The translations under genes were made by a program, and so were the position numbers. A stretch of 58,642 nucleotides of DNA, counting the filler, from Sphacelaria rigidula (Eukaryota), in NCBI GenBank assembly GCA_964200075.2. It is 4 parts of 4 records of this genome, joined end to end, with 100 filler letters (N's around TTAATTAATTAA, not from the genome) between each part and the next. Parts side by side here need not be neighbours in the genome. Positions count along the whole stretch, not along the records: positions 1 to 14,589 come from CAXNAA020002160.1; 3 more parts are not named here. One strand, given 5' to 3'. A model generated the notes under the pieces. That model was not told the DNA's origin. It worked only from the letters and a program-made list of their open reading frames with translations, and ran no database searches. Positions 1 through 13,277 of this stretch are shown here, piece by piece (position 1 is the stretch's first letter; the number at the start of each line of letters is the position of its first letter).

Positions 1-2468
1 AAAATACACCCCCCCAACACCCCCTCCCCCCCAAACCCCCCCCCCCCCCCCCCCCCCTCGACATGCGGCATAGATAGAGGCATACACTTGAGGGGACACG
101 ACTGATCGCGGATTACACAGTAAAGCCTCGGGAGTACCATGTTGGCGTTGGACGCACAGCCGACAAGGTAAATATGGGAGTTGCTCACTTCAACACTTGA
201 GTGGCGCAGTACTGTATTACAGGATCACAGGATCCGTCGTGTACTTGCTACCTAATATATGTATAGTAGAATACTGACCGACCATCCGGCGTTATCACAT
301 TGATGTATGGCACTGTGCTGCTCTTGGGTGGAATGTAGAGTGCGCTATTATGCCCAATAGTACTACGGAGTATATACTCACGGTACTGAAGCTGTCGTAT
401 TGAAGTCTTACTGCGTGTGAGGATCAAAGGTTTCCCGTCCATGCGTTTCACCAACAGTTTTGAACGGGTACACATAAATACAGCTGAGGCATTCTCTCCA
501 TAATACAGAACAAGACCCCAATGCGATTGCTGCATATTACCTTGCCATTCTTTTTCTGTGGTCTCAGACGGTAATCGAATGTTTTTTTTCATCTGACAAG
601 AAGATAGCTATTTCTACCTAATCAGCTCAACGGGAAACAACCACCTCTTCCGTATGGGGTGCAGGTGGCGTTTGCTACACGGGGGAGGGATAGTCTCCCC
701 GTGGCTTTGCCGAATCAACGCAACACCACTCCAAAAATTAAGTGCAGCATAATATATCGAAATTGATGCGAAAATGCTCCACAGAAAGTCGACGCCTGAT
801 TCGTATTGAGACTTGAGTTCCGAGGATGGGGGAAAGTATAAAAACAAAAACAGGACAAAACATCATTGCCACCGACGTCACATTTCATGACAAAGTACCT
901 AGCAGACAATCGCTTTGTACGCAGCAAAACGACACATGAGGACAATCTAATATTCCAAGGATAAACCCTGACTGACGTTGTGAATTATTAGATAGATACA
1001 TTCGACTGAAGCAGGAAGATCATGGATCGAAGGGACAACAACACACACTTGCCAACCAACTGGCTCCCGTTGAGCAAATCGTCAATTATCACATTAATAC
1101 CGAGCCGGCAGCACAAACACTCTGGTACTATTATAATCGTCTCCTTGCACCAGCACAACAGTCAGTGATTACGTGCCGATGTGTGCAGCGACATGGAGCC
1201 CAAGCAAAATCAACAGCAGCTCACAACAAGTTTTATTACACACGCGTATACATGCACACCGTGATGAAAAACAAAATCCAGGTAGACCCGGCCACTAGAA
1301 ATGAATTGGAAACCAAGTCCAAGGAAATGGTAATTTGTATTGTTACGCTAAGAAACAGTCAGACCGGGGCAATAATCTTCGCCTCAAACAAAGTCGGATC
1401 AACTTTGCCGTGAGCGAGGGGCTGATTGCACCCAAAGCGCGAGCTGTATATCTCGCCGAAAAGAGTCGATGGATCAGCGGCACACTCTTCACTACTGGCG
1501 TATCTCACAGTCAACCACGGGGCTCGCACTAATTCAACACTCGCAGCTTGCGAAACGGGGGAGATCGGCTAAAATGTGAGACGGTATATACTCCCGACTA
1601 CTGAATCGGAAAACCTTTTATGGTAGACATCGGAAAACAAGCTGCTTGCACAAAGTACTCATTATGGTCGTAAGAATGCCCTGGGGCACATTCCTCTACA
1701 AACGAGGGTGGTGATCTCCTGTACAGCACAGCACAGAACTACCCAGCCCCAATGCCAGAAAGGCACCGTGAACGTGGTTGTGTGGCACGTTCCCACGTAT
1801 ACTATGCATCTATCGACGCAACGGTACTCGTGAGGGAACTTGTAATACCCAACCCTTGACGAGCCAGGTGTCGAATGTTCAGGGTACGTTTTTGTATCAG
1901 TAAACCTGGTTGCACTGTACATATTCATCTCTTGAAAACTGTACATATGAACACAACATTGGTGTGACCGTCCAAATTCATCGCCTAAGCTCAACAGTCT
2001 AACCCCCACACACTGGATGTGCACAACTTTAGCAAACGTTTGACCCTACTCTACGCACTAGATGTACCCCCGGCGAAGGTGTATAGCATCTCTCTACCTC
2101 ACTGCTCGTATTTTCTCGCAGCGTCACACGGCGAAGCAACACTACCCTAACCGTCCCAACTCAGCATGCAACACCCACGCCTGGTGTGAGTAAGGCGTTC
2201 CCCCGCTATCATCAAAATATAGATACTGCCAGAGAGCACACTGAACCATCGGGGATTATTTTCAAGACACTTGTCGAATTTTGTTTCGCTGGGTCGCCTC
2301 TGACTGTTGTGAGAAATATCATCAAGTTTACCATAAATACAGACTATCTCTCTCACTAGACAAATCACTCACTCAATCGAAATCCTTCACGGGTTGTAGG
2401 GCTCCCTCTCCGCTTGTCGCCCACGATAAATCGAAATAACCTCTAAGAAGATGTTGGCAAGGGACCAC

Positions 2469-5400
2469 CTAAGAAGACGACGGTTGACGCCGGCCCTTGA
2501 CCCACTGACCACCTTCATGGTGAGCGTCATCAACCGGAGGCCGCCGGCGAGATGCCTCGACAGACTCGTTCGGGTCTCGATCTGCGACGTGTCCATGGTC
2601 CTGCTGCCTCGTTACCTCAATGGGCCGAGAACCTTCTATTTCCTCTGGGTCTGATAATGCTGACCCCGAGACTGGGGATTCCCTCAAGGTGGGAGCGTTA
2701 TAACTGTCCGCCCTCGGCAACGGCAGTCTCGCCTGTGGCAGCTTGGACTGGAGTGGAGGAAGAGTCCAGGGCGGTGGATGTGCGGGTCTTCTGGAGCGCT
2801 CTGTACCACCACTGCCGCCGCTGCTGCCGCCACCGCCGAAGTCCATCCCCCGCCCTGCTTCGCTTGTTCTGGGACCGAGAGGATCTCGTCCGACCAGAGG
2901 AACTCCCGGAACACGGTTCGGGGGAGTCAGTGGTCTGCTTGTGCCGACCGGGACGCGTAGTAGGGGTAGTCGCCTGGTGTATGGAGAAGGTTCGAGGTCA
3001 GCGATTGCAGCTCGGGGCCACGCGCGGCCCCAATGACCGTACTCCACTCCCCTGTCACGGTCGTCCGTGCTGTCGCCGGCACCCTCCTCGCGGGGGATAT
3101 TCGTACGTTGCTCTTCCAGTTCGCCTTCCACCCGACTATCCCTGTTACCCCCTGTACAACCCTGTGCACTACCCTCGGACACCGAAACAGGATGGCTCAT
3201 GCTGCCGTACCGTTGAGTGAGGTGAAAGGCAGACGTATTGGCTTCCTCTCGCGACCGTTTCCGAGAATCTGTCCCCGCCAGCGGCCGAGTATCCTGCTGT
3301 TGCGGCGGTGGTAGTTGCAACATGTGTTTCTGCTGCTGCTGCTGTCCTCCGAGATGGAGTGTGGTGTCTTTTTCCCCTGGGGTGTGTCCCTGCTCAGACC
3401 ATTCCTGCAGTTTTACCCAAAAGAGAGGCGAAGATGAAGCGGGAAGGGTATCTTGATTGCACAGGAATATCGTAGCGTCAACGGATGAAAACGTACCCAC
3501 GTTCAGCTGACAGGATCACCGTCAATACTTTGCGATATCCGACCGTGCACTGCACACGTGTACAATGCGAGGTTCTAAAAAAACCGTTTCAATCAAGCCA
3601 AGTCGATCCCGCGAGGGCTGGACCATCATTGCACTAGGTGCCCTGGAGTACTCAGTATTTTCGGCAGTCAATACTCCAGGTGCTCGGGGATACCAAGCAC
3701 TTTGGACGAGTCATTACTCCAGATGCTCTGGAGCACGCCGTGGTTTCGGCAGTGTATACTTTAGGCACTCTGAAATACTCAGTGCTTCTGAGGAGACAAA
3801 GCTCTGGGTATTTCTGGGTACTGAGTCCTTTCGTGCGCAGCACTCCAGGTAATCTGGGGTATCATACTCCATCGTCAACACCGTTGCACTATTTGTAGGC
3901 GAACCAGTCTTGGTGAGGGTCGAAAGTCAGCTCGAAAATCGCGAATAATCCACGAACAAGACAACTCCAACCCTGACGTTTTGTTCATGACATCGCCACA
4001 GCAGCAAGCACCATCATAGCCCCCGTTGCTCGCAACGAACCCTTCGCGTGAATGTTAAAGGATATCTATACCTCATGGGGATCACCAGAAAACCGAAGAA
4101 ACTCCGAGAACAAATCGCTGCATGGGCACTCACCTGGTGCACACGATACCCGCGACGTTCGTTGGGTGTATAGCGCTCGGGTGAAGGATCCAGCGTAGAC
4201 CCGAATACCCTCACTGTCCCTGGTTGAGTCGATACTTCGCGCCCTAAAACACGAGGATCCAGTGATCGCTGTTGCAGGTGCATCAACAACTGCATCATCA
4301 TGCTCTTGAGCTCGTCTAGCTTGCTGTCTATGCGTTGTACGTCCCGTTTCACGTGGTCCAGTTCTCGGTGGATACTTCCCAAGCTATCGTCGGATATGAC
4401 TTCAGACTTCCTCTCGATCGCCGCTGCTTATGATTGCAAGCAACACGTGAGAGCCGCGGCAGATTGGGAAGGGGCGGGCGGGGGAAGCGCGGGGGAGAGG
4501 GGGGGGGGGGCAGTGAGGGCAACAAGAGCAGGCAAGGGCAAACGATGTAATACTGTACCTCAGGAGCAATGCTACGGTAGGGCTGCACTGTTTGCGCGAA
4601 TTCTTATCTGGGTCAAGGGTTCCTGAAGATTCTATATGCACAAGAATATGGGTCAGGGCAACCCCGTTTGCGAATTCATTCGAGATATCCCTAGCATATT
4701 GGAAAAGTAATCCTGGCGTACTTTGGCATATGTCGTAGGTTGTGTTGTAGATGGGATCAGGGCTGCGAACAATTCCTATCTCAGAAAATATTTGTGCACC
4801 CCTACCGTAGCATCCCTCTCAGCATGGTTTGGACAGGGAGATCAAAAAGTTCAAGATCATCTCACAGGTTTATGCAACTGGTTTTGGTGGATCACGCGTA
4901 TGCGCATGCATCATAACCATGTGATCATCCCACGTCTTCATTTACTGCATGTACATTATTCATTCTGTTGATCTCGTTGTACAGGACTTGCAAATGACAT
5001 GGCACCCTCGACGTTTCGAAACGTACACGCGCGCGGGGGCGACGTGATCAGAACGGACACCTATCGGCATCGGGCATGAGATTGCGCTACCAAGCTCAAC
5101 TTTCTCACGATAGCACGCCTGGTGCACCGACAAAAACGGGGTGTATTACATCGATGATCACAGACGCTTCCGGTGGCACTAAAAAAAGTCCACACTGGAA
5201 ATCAGCGTAACAGTTTCCGTCGGCTTGGTATATCAGGCAGGCCACGGGGAAAACGGCGAGCTTCACTCCGGTCTTGTTATCCACGTTTTCACGCTCGAGC
5301 GACATAATACTTCAATCGAATCATGTACAGTAAGCATATCCGACCCGCTCAACATCCCGCGTGCCCCCACGAGCATCCCCCAAGCCACACGCATTCTTAC

Positions 5401-7845
5401 CTGGCGAACTGGAGCTGGTAGCCCGCTTGTCCTCTCGTCGTTTAATTTCGCAAAGCAAATCCTTCCTCCCGCGACGAAACCGTGGATGTTTGAACTCCCA
5501 CCATGATACCTCCGCTGCCAATCGCCCCCCACGGGTGGTTCCTGCTACCGCCTCGCTACTGGCGGGACTACTGGCGGGACTTCTCACTTTAGTGAACCCT
5601 GCGCACAGCAGGTATGTTGCATGTCAACATGGTTAGCGGATACAAGTAGTGGCACCTGGAAAATACTGCTACACTCTCTGATGGTTCCAGCGCACATTTG
5701 CGATCTTGGTTCTTCAGCACAGTACCAGATTGACATTCTAGGGTAAGAGCAACTTCTCATATAAACCAGAAAATCCTTCGAGTTCTTACGGGAAAAAATG
5801 GGTGAGTGCTCCTCTTACCACGCGGAGAGGTCGAGAATTGCAGAGTCACATTATTTGAGATTTTTCAATTACGCAAAGCAGCTCCGGAAGCAAGTGGTTT
5901 GCTCGGTGGTGACAGTAGGGCACAACAAGAGCGAGCCGATATTGATGGTGAAGTATGTCACCAACCGCCCACAATCCTCCTTCCCCCCCACACCCCCTCG
6001 CTTACGCGGACCTCAGTCATGATCGCATCCTCTGATCTGAGCGCGTCGGCACGGTCGCGCTTTTGCCTCGTTTGAGGAGTATAGATATACTGTATGGTGA
6101 CGAGACAACAAACACACCACTCGACCCGAGATGGACAGCAAAGGCAAGGGCGAGCACCCAAACACCCGAACAGTGGTGTTGTACATATCGTACATCCCCA
6201 GGTGCACTCATATTATAATGCTACGTGCTGCAAAATGGTAACCACGGGGCTGTGGATCCCTAAGCACTCAGCTTGGAGTCATTTTTGGTGACAACGATAA
6301 TACGGAAATTTCGGACAACCCTGAGACATCTAAATTGTTGGCAAACCACGCATATATATGGCGCTCTTGAAAATTTGTCACCTTTACTTGCGCGGTGCTC
6401 GTACATGACAACAAAGACGAACTGCCATTGTGAAACGACAGGCAGGAAAGTCACCCGAGGGCTTTCACGCTGTTTTTACTGTAGCGCACACAGGCGCACA
6501 ACATAATGCATTGAACACGTACCGTGCGCTCACGTGCGCTCGACACCTCGGCGGAATGCGTCGCAGGAAAGGCCCGAACGAGAAGAAAGCAATATCTTAC
6601 AAGGGTGCCCGTCGGTTTGACCTCGGCGGGGGACCGATCGCGCAAGAAAATAAGCAAGAACGCTCCTTTTTCAGGAAACAAACGCGAGAGGGGCACCTCG
6701 ATGCAAATAGTAAAATATCCAATTGGTTTCACGTGGTGGTAGCTTTGGAAACACGTAAATGAAGAAAGGACGTTGTTGTGAGGTTGTCTCATACGCACCC
6801 AATGTGCCAGCTCATTGGATCCACGTTGACAAGCCACCAGCACGTACGTAGGGGGTTGCAGTATCCATGTCTGGGTACCCACCCTCCGTCTACCTGGGAC
6901 TGTGCCGTTCTGCGCTGTTTCCTGTTCTTCCTTCTTAACCCATACTTAGACCGCGAGGGTAGTCTTCTGTTGAATCGGCATCAATTTCAAGTGAAAAAAA
7001 GTGTGCATGGTTCAGAAAGACTAATCTCGCGGCCTGAGGGTTAACCCTTAGACCGCGAGGTTAATCTTCTGTTGAATCGGCATCAATTTCGAGTGAAAAA
7101 AAGTATGCATGATCCAGAAGGATTGATCTCGTGGTAACCCTTAGACCGCGAGGTTAGCCTTCTGTTGAATCGGCATCAATTTCAAGTGAAAAAAGTATGC
7201 ATGATCCAGAAAGACTTACCTCGCGGTCCAAGGGTTAATCAAGGATTTGGGCGGTTCCATCACTGAACGCCATTCCTGTCAACCAAGGGTTTTTCCGCTG
7301 CATGCTATCAATTGCAACGTGCCGACGCTTTTTCGCGCCTCCCATAATGAAAATGCTGTTATCTGTTGCTCTGAACTTTGGTCGGGAAAACTTGTGCACA
7401 TTGATCGGAATGATTGATTGTCAATTAACCCTCAGACCGCGAGGTTAGTCTATCTGGATCATGCATACTGCTTTCAAGTGAAATTGATGCCGATTCAACA
7501 TATGACCTACTCTCGCTGTCTAAGGGTTAACGTATGTACACCTCTCAACAAATCAATCAGGTAGATCCACAACAAAACTCATCAACGATGACATGCGTCC
7601 CTGATTGAAGTGCTCGAAATGCACGCTTACTCACCGTAGTTATTGAGCTGTCTCGTGAATGAACTGTAGTTGGAATGGTTAAAAAACCGCGGTAAAATCT
7701 TGTCCTGGAAAGTCGTGGCGTCTTTGATCACGAACGTATCCTCTCCGTCAGCTCCCATCGCCCATTCCACGATGTCGTCCGATTCCCCGTCAACGATAGA
7801 GTAAGTCTTTTCCGCGAACGGCGGTACAGGCGATGGTGCAGTCAT
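2469..7845 (-). CDS. HSF: Heat shock transcription factor (HSF DNA-binding domain + coiled-coil oligomerisation region + low-complexity C-terminus), 4 exons, 578 aa
   Basis: Exons 7845-7635, 5598-5401, 4423-4134, 3506-2469 (1737 nt) have GT-AG boundaries and matching phases (1,1,0). The translation contains PPFAEKTYSIVD...IVEW...TFVIKD..F...ILPRFFNHSNYSSFTRQLNNY|GFTKV...WEFKHPRFRRGRKDLLCEIKRR, the canonical HSF DBD. Exon 3 has a heptad pattern (IHRELDHVKRDVQRIDSKLDELKSMMMQL). The end of the last exon is the least certain part. Confidence 0.9.
3632..3886. mobile_element. Degenerate non-autonomous TIR-like element with repeated GAGTA/TACTC motifs in HSF intron 3
   Basis: Repeated TACTCCAG/GAGTA motifs. 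Weak CA...TG terminal similarity. Flanks catcattg/cactattt may be a decayed 8-bp TSD (5/8 match). Confidence 0.35.
6935..7238. mobile_element. Three tandem ~95-100-bp piggyBac-like MITE copies in HSF intron 1
   Basis: Units run TTAA-CCCTTAGACCGCGAG...CTCGCGGTCCAAGGG-TTAA, with TTAA at 6935, 7041 and 7235. The right end of copy 2 is truncated. Confidence 0.75.
7425..7530. mobile_element. Fourth copy of the same piggyBac-like MITE, inverted
   Basis: TTAA-CCCTCAGACCGCGAG...CTCGCTGTCTAAGGG-TTAA. The interior is the reverse complement of the 6935-7238 units. Confidence 0.75.
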
Positions 7846-10316
7846 CTTCAACAAGGCGAGGAAAGTCTACCCCTCCGGCCTATCGAACTGAGAGCATAAA
7901 GCTGGTCGTTTGCCGTGTTATGTCTTGGACTAGCTTGATGCGAAATGTATGTCGCCTTCTTCAACTACTATGACTACGTTCTGCTAACAGCCGATGCTGT
8001 GTAGTATAGCTGCTGTACTGCCGTCCGATGAAGCAGACTGGAGATGCAGGTTTTCCCGGACGTTTATATTGACTTAGAAATATCGAAAGTAACGCATTCG
8101 CCTCGCTTGCCTTTGCACCGCAGATCGCAACAAGAATGCTGCACTTAGGAGCTTTACTGGCGTTGCACTGTGTGTGCTGTCTGTGCAGCAGCCGGACTGC
8201 GGGATTGGGATGGGGTTTCACAGGTGGAAATGAATATCACATCATGAGTCATGCTGGTCCACGGCAACATGATAAATGGCGGGGGAAACACGCTACAAAG
8301 ATCCCGTCGCAGCTTGTTTCATCTGGCAGGCGTATCGAGAGATCGCAACGTTTTGAAAAATGGGACGAACGTTGGTAGAGCCCCACGGATCTTCGCATGT
8401 GGAAGCAAACATGCCGTACGTTATTCTTGGGAACGCTCTTGTCAACTGGGATTCCTCCGCGCGTGACTACAATTAATACAGTATTGCCGTTGCAACATAT
8501 GTTTACGCGACCTCTTGATCGATTCAACATAAGCGGGGAACGTAGCTCGTTAGGGCATGCATGTGATATGGGTCGCTGCACAAACAAGTGAGTGTACTAC
8601 TATTATTAATATTATCACCAGGTATTTTATGTATCTTTCGTGAATGCCGCAAGCCCACCGATATAGGTACCTGTCTGTTCGTATCGACCAGCTCGCCTGA
8701 AAACAACAGGAAATTGTGATCGAGTGCGTTTTAGCGTTTATCCACTCACACACTGGCGATGTTTCATGCGAGCGACTTACGATTTCTTTCAAAAAGTTTG
8801 TGGAATCTTGATCGAGCCGCCGCGACATAGTACCGTATACGCAGCAGAGTACATTCATACTGTAGAGCATTACAGGTGGGTAAACAGCGCTTTCTTTTTC
8901 ACGATCGAGGTCGATGGTGAAGACGTTCAGACCCGATGACACGTGAATCTTGAGACCTGAAAAGTGTCCGTCTACATGCCCGTGAAGTGTTCGGCATCAA
9001 AGACCCAAACCGAGTAATGTTCCTCCATTACCCCAGTAGTTGACCCTTCGATCACCAGCATGGGCCTGTTTAATCAGCATCATTTTCGCTGCGTGAATGA
9101 ATGTATGACCTAGCTGACCCTCCCTGGCGGCCCAAGGGTTACAGTATACCTCAATAAACACCCCAATCTGACATACACTCAGTGTTCAAGTGAAGGTGAT
9201 GCCCATTCGGCGGATGGAAACAACTCAGCGATCGCTGGTCAATTACTGGTGAAGCGGCCGGTCCATTTGACTCTATTGAAGGGTAGTGATATGTTATGCC
9301 AATGTACCATACTTGTGGCATTGACTTTTGGCATCATCAGTTGATGGTGTTGGCTTGGGAAATGAACATGACTCACAGATTTTATCCACCTGGGAGTAGG
9401 CTCTTACAGGTTTGGAAGGTCAAACACACACACTCATGCAAGACACTTCAACAGTTGTCCTTTTGTGTGGCTGGAAGTGCTTCTTAGCGCTACATGTGTC
9501 GTTGGAAAAGGTGGCGTAAAGAGAACGAAGATGCTAGACGACCCGCACAAGCGGCGGAAAATCTCCCGAGCGTTCATGCCACCCGTATCTCGGCAAGCTG
9601 TGAAAGTATATTACTGACTGTATCCTTTCGGTATATCACCACACGGGGACGAGGAGTTCGCTTAGATATGATATTATAAGCGGCACGACCCATAATATAT
9701 ACGAGAACTAAACGCCGTACACTACGTACTTCCACCCCCGCAAAGAAGAATCGAAGAAGTGGGTTCTTCGAGCTGCACTCAGAAAAATACTTGATTTCGG
9801 CCTAAAAAGGTCGTTGCCCAGAAAGACTTAATGGTTTTTAAAACATGATATTGATAAACCTTTCAACACGGTCGGTTTTGATCCAGACCATGCCCGAGTT
9901 CTTGAGGGCACATCTGGACGAGACCAAGAGGAGTAAACCCAAGCAAGGACAACGCAAGCGCCCAAAATCAGCACGTTGATTGCTCGCCGCGACATCGCAC
10001 GTGTGGCGTGATATCAACAACGTTCTCGTGAGAGTGTAGAGCGCTGATTGAGAGTGGATTTGATCACTCGCTTCAACTTTAGCCTTTTTTCATTCCGTGT
10101 GTGCGCCTTTCTTTGCCTCCATCACTGGCGTGTACTTATGTACAGCTACACGTTAATACTGTATCCTACTCGGGGATATCGAGGGCCTCAGTGGGAAGCT
10201 ACTACAGGAGGTATATCGGGCCTCGTGGAGGGGCAGTTCGGAACTGAAACGATTAATTCACTAATTCACCGCTTCTCTCTCTCAATCGTATCCTCTAGTC
10301 TCAGTCTCACGAAAAC

Positions 10317-11142
10317 ATCACACGCGGCCATGTGGCTACCCCCCAAAAAGCCTCCGGAGGGATGCGCGGCTCTCCAGAGGCAAAACAAGCCTCCGGAGGC
10401 CTTCAATCCCTCTGGAGGAAACCAAACACTACCGACCTGGAGGACTGCGCACACCTCCCGAGGAACATGGGGGTAGCAAAATAATGCCTTCGGAGAGATG
10501 CGCGGCCATCCAGAGGCGAAACAAGCCTCCAGAGGCGTTTAATCCTTCTGGGGAAAACCAAAAAATCTCCTCTGGAGGGCCGCGCACCCATCCCTCCGGG
10601 GGCGCTTAATTCCTCTGGAGGCTCGAAAAGTTGACCAACCTGTTTTTCTCTTACATCCTGTTGCTCGACGGATAATGGAAAATAACCTCTTCGCCAGATT
10701 GGGTGTCTCGTGTCTGGCATTTGCCAGAGAGTGGGTTTCATATTTCGCTCGAACTTGACCGCATTTTCATTTTTAATGCGCGCGCGTGTGTATGTTTTTT
10801 GCCTGTAACGATGATATGTTGTGCTTACAGCTCTAGACGTCGACATCCTACTCAGGGATATAAGAAACGTCAATGGCAAGCTACAACAAAAAGCGTCTAA
10901 GGCATCGTATACTGCCTGGAGAGGTACTTCAGACCTGAAACCGTTTCAGGAAATAAACAGGCGGGATCCTGAAGAACGGGAACGAGATTTTCCTGTGGGG
11001 ACGAAGTGAGGCCCTCCAGGGCGGTAGTGTTTGGTACCCTCCAGAGGGATTGAAGGCCTCTGGAAGCTTGTTTTGCCTCTGGAGAGCCGCGGATCCCTCC
11101 GTCCGGGAGCATTTTGGGGGGTAGCCAAATGGCCGCGTGTGT
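10317..11142. mobile_element. TIR element or two half-copies (CACACGCGGCCA ends, CCTCCGGAGG-rich subterminal repeats)
   Basis: Left end catcacacgcggccatgtggctacccccc is the inverse of right end ggggggtagccaaatggccgcgtgtg. Same family as 11348-11551. Confidence 0.55.
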
Positions 11143-11347
11143 GGCACGTGTACCCCTCAAAGGTTGACCTTTTATGGGTACATGAGCCATCATTATATAG
11201 GATATCGACGTCACTTTGTTCTCGTGACAACAGCATTATATCATTTTTATCATTCAGGATCGCCTCCTTTTATTTCTTAAAATCTGAACTCTAGATTTAT
11301 GTTGATTGACAAGGCCAATTCAACAACATACATTGGATTCATCCATC

Positions 11348-11551
11348 CCATCACACGCGGCCATTTGGATACCCCCCACAATGCCTCCGGAGGCAAAAAC
11401 AAGACTCCGAAGCCATTTAATCCCTCTGAAGAGAACAAAAAAATCTCCTCGGAGGGCCGCGCACCCCTCCGGAGGCGTGTAATTCCTCTGGTGGCTCGAA
11501 AAGTTTACCCACCTGGAGGAATGGGGGAGGCCAAATGGCCGCGTGTGATGG
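11348..11551. mobile_element. MITE (~200 bp) with 21-bp TIRs
   Basis: ccatcacacgcggccatttgg ... ccaaatggccgcgtgtgatgg. No clear TSD. Confidence 0.7.
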
Positions 11552-13118
11552 TTTACAGCATTCATTCCAGCCGGTCAATCCTGGCTCAGCAAAATATTCC
11601 GCGAGGAACATGAGTTGATGAATGGATCGGAATTTCCTATCCTTCAGGTTCTCACTCTCAATCTGGCGAAAACCCTGTCAAGCTCAAGTATGATGTGATA
11701 CGCAGAGTCCAGATGCTTCCGATACTCGATACGGGCAACAATCCTTGTTGGCAAGTACATCGAACCCTCCTGGTTCTCTTCATGTCCCGTTGCTCGACGC
11801 ATAATGGAAATAACTTTCTCCGTGATGGGCATATACGTCACGTAAGCTATTCAATAGCTTTATTCCCAAAATATGTTCTCGTCACTCACGAAACCGAAGC
11901 ATGCATTATTCCTCACACGCATCCTTTCACAACATCGCCCGATGCCATCATACCATGCCAAACCAAACCACTTGGCGTCAAAGGAGAGTGACTCATCGAG
12001 TTCCACCTCCACGCGACGACCAATCATTCACTACTGTAGTCAACGTTTCGATTTTCATCGTCGTGTGATTGCGACTATCTTGGTGCTCAACATGCCATGC
12101 AATAATAAATAGACGGCGGACATCCATGGAGTTCAACTCAAGAGTGCCCACATGTCGTTGCCTCGTGTTGGGTCCCAATTCTTACCTTCTAGCACAAACG
12201 TGACCCAAACTTCTCGGCCATCGGTTTGCAACAAATCATCATAACGGAATTTGATCCATATTAAAATTGGTGGCACGCAAGCAAACCCGGAATGGCAAGG
12301 CGTGGTTCGCATGAAATCACTTTATCCTCCCCCCCTTCAAATATACTGTACAAAACAAGTTTCCGCTGACTGCACATACTGAGCCGACTCACGACCAAGA
12401 AAACATAATCCAAGCGGACTCTTTCTTGACAACAGTTCCATATTCAAAAACCTTGCCACGTCAATGAAAATCCTGAACGCAACTGAACAACAGGCTTCGG
12501 ACAGGGGTGTGATCAAAACCCACGGTGCAGCAATCGTTCATCGCTGCGAAAAAACGAAATAACGCAAAACAAACGTCCATCTTCCCCGCATGCCTCATCA
12601 GGTCCCCCAACAATACCCTCGTATCACGCCTACAGAATGTACCGAAGTGCACGATGAACTCGTATGACCCATGATCAAATGCGAAACGCTTTGCATCGAG
12701 AGGTTAACCAACCGCAACACTCGGGGCCGATATGAGGTCGAGCAGCGCGAGCCTCACACACAACCACTGCTGCAGACCACAAGATTCATTTTTTTCATTT
12801 CTTGAAGAAAGGAGGAAACCTCACCCAACACTTCACATCACATCACATACGAGGGTTCCAGACCTACTGCAAGGGAAATAACTACAAGGCTTGAGTCCAC
12901 AAGCGACACACCCCTAGAGTAGTCCCTTTCATATACTCGCGGCCTGCCCGCGGCATCTATCACGCGTATCCAGCGCCGCGAGACTTGACGGCAAAAATCC
13001 ACCGTGTCAGCGCGTCCATCAAAAAGTGTTTTTACCATTAAAATATAAATCGATGCCCTACCCCCACCCTCCTCAGAATACCGACTTCAAATTTGTCAAC
13101 ATTACACCGTAATCTGCG

Positions 13119-13277
13119 CTAGGCAGGATGAGGAGTGACACCGAAACCCCCGTTCCTTTTCCTCACGGGCACCCATCCCCGTCCATCTGCCAGCTTTATG
13201 AACACAACGCCAGATCCGTCTGCTGGTGTAAAGCGCTCGATCGCCTCGGCGCGCTCTCCCGGGATCAGTGCCTCGCC
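13119..13277 (-). CDS. Last exon of an unidentified gene; SH3-like C-terminal segment
   Basis: Acceptor caacgcag| followed by GEALIPGERAEAIERFTPADGSGVVFIKLADGRGWVPVRKRNGGFGVTPHPA*. The F-I-K-L-A-D-G-R-G-W-V motif resembles SH3-like beta-barrel repeats. No upstream exons were found on this scaffold. Confidence 0.6.
   Translation of the reverse strand, partial: GEALIPGERAEAIERFTPADGSGVVFIKLADGRGWVPVRKRNGGFGVTPHPA

Noticed and set aside
5958..6090. Possible extra exon in HSF intron 1 (RQKRDRADALRSEDAIMTE)
   Set aside because: Exon 1 joins exon 2 directly to give the conserved NNY-G-FTK sequence; an extra exon would break the DBD.
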